Source: Magallana gigas (lineage: Eukaryota). From it: 64,000 bases of DNA. The notes under the pieces were generated by a model. The model made no database searches. It was not told the origin of the DNA and was given only the letters and a program-made list of their open reading frames with translations. Positions within the stretch are counted from its first letter, which is position 1. Each line of letters begins with the position of its first letter. The translations under genes and the position numbers were made by a program. Shown here one piece after another: positions 1 to 11,423 of this stretch. Location: contig NC_088856.1 of the NCBI RefSeq assembly GCF_963853765.1, positions 14,322,001-14,386,000 on the forward strand, in the 5' to 3' direction.

Positions 1-171
1 AAAAGGAAAAAGCAATTTTCACGTTTAAAAAGTAATTTGAAATACATCCTATGTTTTCAAAATCAAATATAAAAAAACAAATATTTGAAAAAATATATAT
101 ATTTTGTTTTTAATTTGAATGCTACTCATTCCAATGACATATGAGTTTATTACTCTATTTTGTTTGTACAG

Positions 172-1794
172 AGAAGTAAGAAAGTCTGCAAATAAAACAA
201 CCGCCTATCAAGAAGAAAGCAGCAACTATTTCAAAACTACAATTGGATTTGCCATATGTCTTTCTTTCCTCTTTCTCGCTCTAATCATCTTTGTGATTCT
301 AAAAATAATAAAGTTCTTGAAGCAAAAATCAATTTGGTTTCAAAAAGGTACAGTTATATTATATCTTACTTACTAAAGTAATATTTGGACAATATGTGAT
401 CTTTATATGGTGTTTATACATATACTGATTTTAAAAGCTTCAATCATTTTTCTAAAATAGGTTTTTTTTTTAATTTTTAAGGACATAAATCAAAGGAAAA
501 CGCTTTAAACAAAGACGAGGAGTCTGAACTTACAGGCAAAGAAGAAGGAAAATCCAATATACGAAGATTACACGACTTGATTGTCCAGGGTACAAAACAA
601 GGGTTTACTCGTTTGATATGTGATTTCAATAAAGATGATCTGGAACAATTAAACGTACGGGGATTAAACTGCTTACATCTTGCTGCAAAAGGTGGTAATA
701 TTCAATTATTTAAAAGAATTCATAAATGCGGTGTAAGCATTGACACAAAAGCAACTGACGGAAGGAATGTTTTGCACATTGCTGCCCACCACGGGAACTA
801 TGCAATATGCGAGTACCTTTTGCAAAAACATAAGAACCTATACACGGACACTGACAGATATGCAATGAATCCTGCTCACTGGGCTGCACTTGCTGGAGAG
901 AAATCTATATTGGAGCTCTTCATGAAATATGGATGTGATCTAACTGAACTTACTCATCCATATAGAGAAAATATAGTTTTATTTGCCTGTATGGGAAAAA
1001 GTTTAGCTGTTTGCAAGTTTGTGGGATCAAACAAAAACATTTCACACCTTTTGCACGAAAAGAATAGAGAAGGATGGAGCTCTATACAATATGCAGCTAA
1101 AAGTGGAAATCTTGAGGTTTTTAAATATCTTGTTGATGAAGGTGTAGATATTGAAAACAAATCACAGAAAACTGGAAAGAATTGTCTACATACCGCATGT
1201 GAAAAGGGTCATTTGAAAATATGCGAGTATATATTGAAAACGAAACCCGGGCTTTTAACAGAACTAGACAAAAATATGCAACACGTAGGACATTTTGCTG
1301 CAAAAAGCGGGGACGTTGAAATACTGCAGCATTTGTTAGATCATTCCCTCGTCGATAACGCGTTCTTACAGAAACCAGCCACTGATAATATTCATCTACT
1401 GCATATCGCATGCAGGCATGCAAGATTTGATATGTGTCTTAAAATAGTGAAAGAGTTTCCTTTTATGATTCACGAAATCACAGAAAAAGGATGGAATGCT
1501 GCCCTATTTATCACTGAAAGAGCTGGTGCCGAAAACGAACGAATACAAATTTTGAAAACTTTAACTGATATATCATCAGAATCCCCTTTAAATGCGTATC
1601 ATGTTTCACGATCCGGAAAAACTATTTTGTTCAATGCATGCGTAAACCGGTCACCTAAACTGGTTCAATTTTTGTTAGAAAACTTTCCAGACTTACCAGA
1701 AATTGAAAAATCAATGGATCCAATAGAGTCAGCAAACTCAGAGGAGATAAAAGAAATTTTTAAAACACACTATCAAAAAAGTTACAAATGTTAA
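172..1794 (+). CDS. Receptor paralog A (5'-partial): stalk + TM exon and terminal ankyrin-repeat exon of a single-pass TM ankyrin protein
   Basis: Exon 172-347 (tgtacag|...AAAG|gtac, phase 2-1) encodes EVRKSANKTT...IGFAICLSFLFLALIIFVILKIIK. After intron 348-481, exon 482-1794 is in frame with ORF 577-1794 and holds about 10 ANK repeats (GLNCLHLAAKGGN, GRNVLHIAAHHGN, GKNCLHTACEKGH). Same exon phases as paralogs C and D. Ectodomain exons lie upstream of the window. Confidence 0.85.
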
Positions 1795-2386
1795 AGCAGC
1801 CTAGCCTCGTTTCCAGTATAAATGTTGAAACCTGTGGCTTTGTTGCTGCAGGATTCATTTTTAACAAGTAGATGTCCTTCCAAACACTTACGCATTCGGC
1901 GTAGACAACGTATATAAGATAAGGAATACGATTAAAGGCGATAAAAAAAACCGTAAGGACGTCCTTCTACAAATGTTAACAAATGAATCATTTATGAAGT
2001 AAATGAAAATTTTACCTTTGCAAAAACCTAAAAAAAAATCAGATGCTACATTTACCTGAAAACTCAAGTTTACCTAAAACTGAAGTCCTGCTCGAAATCT
2101 TTGTTGTTTTGTTCTCTATGTCTATAATGTCTGGTTTTATTATACTTTTTTTCTAAATGTATATATCCTTGACTGTAACATTATATAGTGTTAAAGTTGT
2201 TTCGTTTATATCTCTTGAAAGTGTGGTTTGCAGTGGTATATTCAAATTGTGTTTTTCTACTCCAAGTAATTTTGCGTCTTGACGAAGGAATAGGTTTTCC
2301 AAATTATTCGACAATTTTAATTGTTCATGTCATTAGCCAGTTCTTATGCTTTATATTTATCTTTAGTTTGGTTATAGTTTGTAAAA

Positions 2387-2537
2387 TCATGCGCAGATCC
2401 AGAGAGGTCGGGATGTCCAGACAATAACCCTACCCGCCTTTCAAAAAAATGATTTTTTTTTTATTCACATGGTAATTTTTTTTTAAAATAGGCCTCGGAC
2501 CCATGCCCGGGGAAACATGTCCCGGATCCGCGCATGA
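2387..2537. mobile_element. Short MITE
   Basis: Terminal inverted repeats TCATGCGCAGATCC ... GGATCCGCGCATGA around a non-coding core. Confidence 0.7.
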
Positions 2538-3666
2538 TAATAATGTACATACATCCATGTATATATTTATTGATGAATTTTATGTACTTGTTCTATAGTT
2601 TTAGATAATAAAGAAATATACATTTTAACAATATCTATTAATCATAAATTAAACTTGTAGAGCATGGTAATATAATTTATGATATTTGCATTTCAAGAGC
2701 CCTCTTAAAAATCTAGAATGTAGCTCAACTAATTATAAATGATATATCAAACCATTTTATTCAAACACATCATATATTGAATTGAGAAAGATTTCTTCGT
2801 CGGCATCATAGGAAACTGAAAAGAATTGACGTCTGCATACCGCATTCCGTCAACATCGTTGATCAACACAGCAAAATTATCTTGATCATGCGCAGCTATC
2901 AGTTTTCTCTAGAATTTAGAAGCAAAGTAAACTTATATTAACTTTATTAAACATATTTCGGGGACATATTTTGTACGAGATAATATTTGGAGTATAACAA
3001 ATGTAAACTGGCACAAAGTATACATTCTAATAAAAAAAAAAAAGAAAGGAACCCTGTTAATGGTATTATTCTGTGTGTAAAATGTCAAAGGCATACAATA
3101 TTCATTTTTTCTTTAAAGTCGTTTCTTCAAACGTAATCCTATAAAACTTTATTTTGTCAGACCGTCTTAAATGCACAATGGCAGCGCTCACCAGTACAAT
3201 AAAAAGTTAAGCAAAATGGGCAAAAATACACGATGATAACTAAAGTCGGCTTCCTTAGGTTTAAAATCTCCAGTTACTAGGTAGTAAACGTTGCCCAGAT
3301 CTGGGGCTCGTTTTATAAAGGGTCGTACGCCCAGAATTAGAGCTACGCCGGTGTAAATACGGGACTAGATCGAATATTAAACCGTTTCATTAAAACGCGC
3401 ATCTTTACCTACGACTAAAGTTAAGCCAAAATTTTACGTTCATCCACAGGTAATAGGTAGGCGTAAGTTCTAGGGTAAACATAAGTAAGAATATATATCA
3501 TGAAACGGCGATTGCATTTTATCACTAATGTAATTGAATTAAGTTATTGTCAGACATATATAGTTACTGAGAAAAAAAACTACTCATACTTTACCTTTTG
3601 AAATTTAAAAATCATCAGGTTTTTTTAATGCCATTTTTCTATTATATCCAGCAATTTTTGTGTATA

Positions 3667-3670
<4 letters not shown>

Positions 3671-3741
<71 letters not shown>

Positions 3742-3742
3742 T
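3671..3742. repeat. (TA)n microsatellite
   Basis: Direct reading. Confidence 0.95.
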
Positions 3743-5010
3743 ACTGAAAGGGTACATCTTCAAGTTTCTGAAAATGATTTTAAAAAATGTTTTTTAGAGC
3801 AACCATGTGAACGATCAATGCCTAAGTCAAAGAAAATCATTATAATTTCTTTAATTTTATCAAATAAAAGACTTTTTGGTTCTTCAAATTAATAAATAAA
3901 AATTATAATTTTTAATTTTTAATTTAAATCATCTTCTACTCTAAGTATTTTCATCCCATTTTGCCCAATTTTATTTCATTTTTGCAAATTTTCATTAATT
4001 TTATTGCTTTAATGATCCAATGCATATAAAATAGATGCAAATTTCTTTTTTCTATGACCATCACTTGTTACATATCAATACACTGATTGTTATATACACT
4101 GTTTTTATTGTTTATAATGTTTTTTTTATTTTTCTAAATATCACCCTGTTGCCATGTCAACCTTATTCAAATTGAATATTTCCATTATCATGTGTATAGA
4201 ATTGAAACAAAAAAAATCCTCTGATGAACCATTTCTAATAAAATTTGGTGGCCTCATAAATAAGAATTACCTTGAAATAAAGTCAATGACTGAACACAAG
4301 AAATAAATACAATTTTAAGAAATAAAACCCATTTTGGCCTCATACTCAAATAGGATCTGCAAACAGATATTACTTCAAAAATGGATGTCAAAATGACTCA
4401 AACGATGCATATATTACTTTGTAAATATGGCAAATGATTCAAATAATATTCACTAGAAAATTTAATAAACCTTGACATTTCAATTCATAGCAGGCTACAC
4501 ATTTTTCAAATTCAAAATGAAAAACAAAGTATCTTGCATTTTATATTCATTTAATGACCTTGAATGCTATTGGATCCTTGTCAAAAACATGACACAAACT
4601 CTCTAAACTTAATTCTTGATTATATAAATTTACGTTTCAAATTACAACCTCAAAATTAAAGTTTAAGAAGACCTAAATATGCACGAAAAAGTTATCTGCA
4701 AAAGACAGGACTTGCCCTTGAAATAGAAACATTTCATTTTTGTAATAAACCGAACTTGGCTGTGTTTATAAATGTATAAACATAGTAATAAAGAAGACTT
4801 AATACTTAGTAAAGATCTTAACCTGCTGCAAAGGTAGACACCCACGAAGTCAATGCTAGTGTTTGATCATGTACACAGATAATACACCTGAATCTGACAA
4901 AATGTACGTATTGTACATATTATGTCACAATACGAAATGTACCCCCATTGAACTATATGTACTGACATGTTTTCTTTCATGTGAAACAAAGTCATCTTAT
5001 AAGTTGATAT

Positions 5011-5450
5011 CTAAATGAAATGCCCTGAAACACTGCCCGTTACACAGATGTTATTTACAATTTTTGCAACCGTATACTCTCTCCTTTCTTTTCCTATCAC
5101 CATGCTTTGTACACCACTTGCAAGTTGATCTGGGTCGTTCCAATTTGCAGAGAATATGGGGTGCGTCCAAAGCATCCTGTGCTGACTTCCATCCTGAAAT
5201 CCGGCAGGTCAAATCTTGTTTTCAGCCGAATGTCTTTATTAGGTGTTCTGTTGAAAATTTCAGAGGCATTTATAAGGCACACTTCCATAATAAAGTTACA
5301 GAAAAACTTCCAGTATTTTTTGGATGATCTGCCGACAGGATTCTTAGCACGATGTTGCATACATCTGTCTACTCCACTAATGTATTTTTGGTAGGCAGCT
5401 ACTGGTGGAGGACACATGAACCCATCCCTGGTGCGAAGAACATCTGGACT
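5011..5450 (-). pseudogene. piggyBac-type (PGBD) transposase C-terminal remnant
   Basis: PPPVAAYQKYISGVDRCMQHRAKNPVGRSSKKYWKFF...EVCLINA resembles the PGBD YNKxMGGVDxxDQ...KKWW motif. It is followed by a Cys-rich tail WCTKHGDRKRKERVYGCKNCK*HLCNGQCFRAFH. Stops and frameshift present. Confidence 0.75.
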
Positions 5451-5589
5451 ATCTTATAATGGAGATACATTTGTACTTAGAACATGCACCAATAAAAAAT
5501 TATGAAAGTATAAACATACAAATTTGAATGACCCAATATACAGACATATGGATGGACAGACAGATGTACAAACATACAGGGCAGATATG

Positions 5590-5790
5590 TGTTAGCTAAT
5601 CTGAGCTAAACTGAGTTTTCTGATCATCTTTTGCCAGCATCTGTCCGTCCATAAATATTTTATATTTTTGACTTCTGAGTAGTTCTACTCAAGCACCACC
5701 TGGCCAAATCAACCAAACTTGGCTCAAAACATCATTTGGAAAGGGGAATTCATGTTTGTAAAAGGAAGGACCGCAATCTCTTTTCTTATA
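5590..5790 (+). mobile_element. Degraded Helentron/HINE-like fragment
   Basis: TTAGCTAATCTGAGCT...TTTTCTGATCA...CTGTCCGTCC...CAAATCAACCAAACTTGGC resembles the sub-terminal, microsatellite and core motifs of mollusc Helentron-associated elements. Confidence 0.5.
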
Positions 5791-6429
5791 CATGTAATGA
5801 GGGAACAAATTTCACATTAGCAAATCCAAATGTTGACTAATGATACCCCATCTCTGATGCGAACATACAAAATTTCAGCCATATGTGATGAATAGTTGAA
5901 TCCCATCGTATGACAAAGAGTGTGTTAAAATTTTAACCACCTGTCATTAAAAGCTGCAAAAAATGTGACAAAAAATCTGTTCTAGGATGCAACATGATCA
6001 AGCGTTATAATTTATTTTACCTGTTAAAAAAAAGGAGGCAGAAAGACAGCTTCCAGATGACAACTAAAGAGCTGTTTTTCCCGCACCCCCATTTTATACG
6101 CACGGACATTGCGCTACAACATTCTCCTCCTAATATGTAAATGCGATCAAGTGCATATTAATGATCTGACGCACCGTGGTCAGTAGTAGCATTTTATTTA
6201 GATTTCTGACCCGGCGTCGACAGGCTCATCACTGGACTTAATGACACATTTCTCCATGAACATAAATAAACATATGCTTTTTATATAACGCATGCACTTT
6301 AACCAATTTCTATATCCGTTGTGATACTAGACTAAAGTAAGGCCAAAAATATAGGACTCTTTGTGAAACGAGCCCTTGCAGCGATCTTTTCTACTTACAA
6401 TTTATACATGTAACAATATGGTCTATTTA

Positions 6430-6700
6430 TTTTTTGTCTCTTTCACCAGGTGATATACATACCAACTTATGTATTTCTTTGGGTGGGAATATGTTCCACC
6501 TATCACCAAGTTGTTGTTACCACAAAACTTTGCTAGATATTCACCATATTCATTCATGTTACCACTACTATACTTTCCCATGACTTTTTATAACCAGTGT
6601 TGTCTAATCCTTCTTTGAATCACATACTTTCAGTGAAAATGATCAACGTACATTATCAGAATTGATCCATATTTATGTTATTTTTTTGGTTTGTGTAATG
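6430..6700 (-). mobile_element. LINE (RTE-like) AP-endonuclease remnant
   Basis: Minus strand reads DNTGYKKVMGKYSSGNMNEYGEYLAKFCGNNNLVIGGT, matching the RTE/CFDP2-like endonuclease motif MGKHGxGxMNENGExxxxFCxxNNLVIGGT. Confidence 0.7.
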
Positions 6701-8372
6701 CTGTTCAATCTCCCAATTTACGTTATTTGGCCTGTATTAATTTGCTTATCTTGACAGAAATTGATTCAACCCGTTATTCAACGTTATTCTAATTTAGAGG
6801 AATTTGATGTATCAGGCACGCCAGAATGGTGGAAGCCACTGTGAATTTGGTAACAAACTAACATTTCAAATCAATATGTGTGAATGTACAAATGGAACCC
6901 AATGTCCCATATTTACGATAATTACGATAACTCACACGATGTATTTTTTACGATAATCAAAATTCTTCATGTATTCATATGTATCATGCACACACGTATC
7001 CAAAGATATATTTTTTAATTTATTTGTACTGTTTTCAACGCTGATGAAATAGCTACATGTTTTATATTCCGGATATTTAAACGTACTGTTTTGTTATTTT
7101 TATTTTTATACACTGATAAGTGAAATCGTAACACAATCCGTTCAGAAACTATGTTAAGAAAACCAAAAACCCTTGAAAGATGACATATAAGACAAATAAT
7201 CCAAACCTCTGCACTTAAAGGAGATACACGGGGCGTACATCGTGTTGTATGCTCCCCATTCGGAGCAATGAAGACAATGCAATTTCAATTTAAGTTATAA
7301 TATTAATTTTTTGTTTGTATGCATTGTTTTAGTATCAATTTCACGATGGAAAACAATATTGTGCTTTCATTCTATAAACACGACAGGTATAGGTTTTTTT
7401 AATTTAAGCTGCACATCGTTTTTTGCCTAGATCTTGTATCATTCACTTTCCAATTTTCTAAATATTATATAATTTAAGTATAAATTGGTCCTGACTCCAT
7501 CTTAAAAGTACTTTTATTTGAAGAATAGGTTTGTATTGACTTTTATTATTGATTTATTAAAATGGAGTCTCGACTCATAATGGGTTAAATTTATGGTTTT
7601 TACCAAAAACGTTTTACATAATTGATTACTATCAAACAGTTAATTTTTTTCGCCTTTAATGTGTCAACGTAACTCACTGTGATAGCAGAAGGCTCGTAGT
7701 ACATGTACTTACTTCTTCTCGATTGAGAGGGTGTTCGAATCATAAAGATTATTTCCTCGTTATTGTTGGGGCTTTTGGTTTGGATCTTACTTCATATTAC
7801 GGAAAATTGAATCATTTTACACATAACACATGGTATATTGGGACAATAAAGGAATTTGACAGAAGAAATGTAATTGAACGTGTACATCTACGAGTACGCC
7901 TGGCAGAAATTACAGTTTTAAAATTTAAAAATTCATGTATCTAACGACTAAAACATGTACACAAACAGAAGTTTAACGTATAGAAGGGTGTTATCAGTTT
8001 ACTTGACTTTAATTGAGCAAGTTTATATTCAATAGACAAATTTATTCATAAATGTGAAAAGCATTTACAAATATTTCCTTACTTCTATTTCCTCGTTATT
8101 GTTTTGGGGATCTTTCTTCATATTACGGAAAATAGAATCCTTTTACACAATAAAACATGGTAAATGTTTTTCCTTAAAGTATTAACTTTATAAAATACTA
8201 ATGCCCTGTTATCAGTTTGGGACTATAAAGGAATTTTGACAGAGATAAAGCAATTAAACATGCACATTTACGTGGCCGTGTTAAGCTAGATGTATGTTAA
8301 ATGGAACATGTACCATATGCTTCGTTTCTTTATATACGTGTAACACAACTTATTCAACATTTTTCTTCATCA

Positions 8373-10680
8373 CAGTACTGCCATCATGAAAGCTGACAAG
8401 GATAGAATAGGATGCAGGATGCACGATAAATGTTAGAAATACTTGGGTTAAATTCTATAATATCTTATCCTGCATCCTGTAGCAAATCAGATTCGAGTAT
8501 AATTTTCAGAGTGATTTTGCGAAGCGAAAATTGATGTAAATATACATTTACAACATCAGTTCAATTTTATATGTAATGCAATGTTAAACATTTTAGAATG
8601 ATAAATAATGTGATATATTCACAAAACAAAAAAGATTCACAAAAAAGAAAATTGATGCACCCTAAATTCAGAAATAGCGTAAGTATGAAGTTACTATGAA
8701 TATATTAGGTTACACAATACAGCCTAAAATTACCAAACACATAAATTTGTATTGCTTTATTTTAAAGACTTCTTCAATAGTTTAAAAAAGAACAATTCAA
8801 TCGATGAACAATTCGACATATAGATAAACAAATATATACACAAGGAGCGTACGTTGTTTGTTTGTACTTTTCACGTATGAATTTATATTTTAACAATTAA
8901 TAATTACATAACAACAAATGCGATATCTTTAAAGTTTTCCGACCATAGGCTTCCAAGTTGTTGGTTTTTTGGTTGTTGTTTTTTTTTTTTGGGGGGGGGG
9001 GGGGGTGGTCATAAAAATGTTATTTGTTCTTCAAAAATGAAATGAAATTAATTGCATTTGATAGTATCCATGCATTTTACGAAGTTATTGCATATTTGCA
9101 CACGATGGATATAATGTGATCAATTAAAAATAAGAATGTTGAACCTGGGAATCTGTGGCTCGATATATTTACATATAGTAGATATCAGAGGAACCACTAA
9201 GCCAAGTATTTCGTTGAATAAGTGATTGTAATGTTAACACCAGAAGACTGATTAATTTTTTTATATAAAAGGCTGATTTATGGTATGAAAAAAGATCTGA
9301 AGAATTAAGACTTATCGAACATGGCTTGGGATTAGATATCATAAATGATTCATTAAAAGAATTTAAAAGAATTAATTTCACGAAATGTGTTTACATTTAT
9401 CGCCGAGCGAATCAGCCGATTACCGTTAAGCTCACTATGGTATTATATGATACTGAAAAGAACTTAATAGACTGAAATGCTTTAACAAAATATAAAAGTT
9501 TTTTATCTGCTTTTTAACCATTATGATATATATATATATATCTAATGAAAACAAAAATATAATCGTTTACCGTTCTGTTTACGTAAATTTAATATTACTA
9601 ATGCAAAGGTAACGCAGAGGTGTTAAGGAAGCATATTGAATCAAAGGTGCATGTAATTCAGTGAAATAACAAATGAATAATCTGAGTTAACAAATACCTA
9701 TTCAAATATTTAAACATCAAAACGAAGACAAAGATCATTAGAATATACCAGAGACAATTTTTTTTATAAATTAGACTTCATAACCTAGATTTACACATTG
9801 ATTTACACATTGATGACGTCATAACTGAAAGTAGAATGTCGTGTGTATTTGACCGGAAAACAGATTCAAAATATAAGAAATCTAAGAACTCTAATAAAGA
9901 AGTTTGGTGTAATTTGTTGAGAATTGAAAAAAGACAGTACTGGAACATATGTTAACTCTATGAAATATTCGCTAAAAGGTATGTAAATATGCTTTTATTT
10001 CTCGGCCATGCTTCCTTCTGTCGTTGTTAACGATGTAAATATCCGACTATAGAACAACATAACCCCGTATATTTTGAAGTTCACATTAAGCACGTAACAT
10101 ATTTTGGTCAATGCTTTACTTGAAAAGTGCAGCTAGAATCCCGTGTTATCTGTTGCTTTGATGCAACATTCCGTTTTTCCCTGCAGACTTGTTCAATCTC
10201 ATTTTTTATAAAGGAATACTTGTATATGTAAACTATGTATAGTTATCACGTGATATGTACCGAGGTGGCAGTGATATTATTGCAGTGACATCTATTTAAT
10301 TTAAAAAATAATACCTTTTTGGTTATATTCAAAACAGCAATTTAATCTTACGATTTTGTAAAGTAGTGTAGTAAAGTAAAAAAAAAGACGTTAAATTGTT
10401 CATATGCTTCCTTAACCTACCAGCGAAATAAGCTACCTCGTTCTAAAGATTTCCAGTTTCTTGTATTAAGTAGACATTTTGATTATTACATTACTTAATA
10501 ATTCGTTTATAAAATTATCATATTTTTATAATTTTGTTTAATATAACTTTTTCTCTAAATATGGATGGTATGGGGAAGGATATGATATGATAGGATTGAG
10601 CTAATTTGCGGGTAGGATGCATGATACAGGATATAGGATCGATTAGAACTGTTTTGTCAACTTTCAGAATAGCAGCACTG
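8373..10680. mobile_element. Putative 2.3-kb TIR element with AGGAT sub-terminal repeats
   Basis: CAGTACTGCCATCATGAAAGCTGACAA at 8373 matches the reverse complement of TTGTCAACTTTCAGAATAGCAGCACTG ending at 10680, which is followed by TA. Both ends carry AGGATGCA/AGGATA repeats. Confidence 0.45.
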
Positions 10681-11423
10681 TACCTATGTTTACCAAATAA
10701 TCTTACTTAATCTTACTACCTTGATAAAATCATATCTCAAGAGTTCTTAGTTAATACTCTCCTTCACTGAAACATCGTCAGTTATACACAGAGTCCTTAT
10801 TTTTCAGTGAATATGAAGCTACACGTTTGTATTTTGCAACCTTTCCATTTTAAACGGACAAAACCAGACGGCTTAAGTAGTATGCAGAATTGTAAACGTA
10901 AATATGCTTCGTGGGGACTCCCTAGTTACACAAATTTGTTCTCGTACAAGTTCAAATGATGAATCTTGTCAGTCTCTTAAATTTGCATCATTTTCGTAGT
11001 GTGCTTTCAATGGTTTCTTTTTTTGAGGGGTGAGGTTGATCAAAGCACACTTAACACTTTTCGATATGCGCTACATTTATTTAATTGCTAATACTTTAAC
11101 TGCGAACTCTATCAAACTTCTAATTTTTCATTTGAAATCATAATATGCTGTAAACATTTTAAATGTATGTATTCAAACTACAATATTTACACTTAGTGTA
11201 TAATTTTCTTTATTCACATCCTGAGACGATATACATAAACATCAATATAAATATAAGCAACACGCTCTGTTCAATTTGTCTGTATGGCCTGAGGACCGAA
11301 GATATCCAAAAATAAGCAATCGATGCTTAAATGTTTACTTCAACTACAAACCATTTACGATAAGTAGTAAGCTATCAATTTGAAAACAAGAACTATTTCT
11401 TTACTTGTCAAATCATGTTTTAG

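Larger units (their letters stand above)
3304..6375. mobile_element. About 3.1-kb non-autonomous TIR element (PIF/Harbinger-like) containing nested fragments
   Basis: Left end GGGCTCGTTTTATAAAG; right end CTTTGTGAAACGAGCCC; near-identical 3-bp flanks ctg/ttg. Superfamily call is inference from the GGG termini and 3-bp TSD. Confidence 0.5.

Noticed and set aside
320-347. SIWFQKG after the TM of paralog A, resembling the Notch RAM motif (xWxP)
   Set aside because: The essential proline is missing and B, C and D have no such motif. Similarity to Notch is architectural only.
954-1423. Short ORFs antisense to ANK exons (also 22523-23068, 55754-56269) and to BEL pol (37255-38573)
   Set aside because: Shadow frames of real coding or TE sequence with no independent signal.
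10913-10922. NF-kB-like site GGGGACTCCC upstream of paralog B
   Set aside because: A single degenerate 10-mer is expected by chance in 64 kb, and I saw no equivalent site near C or D.
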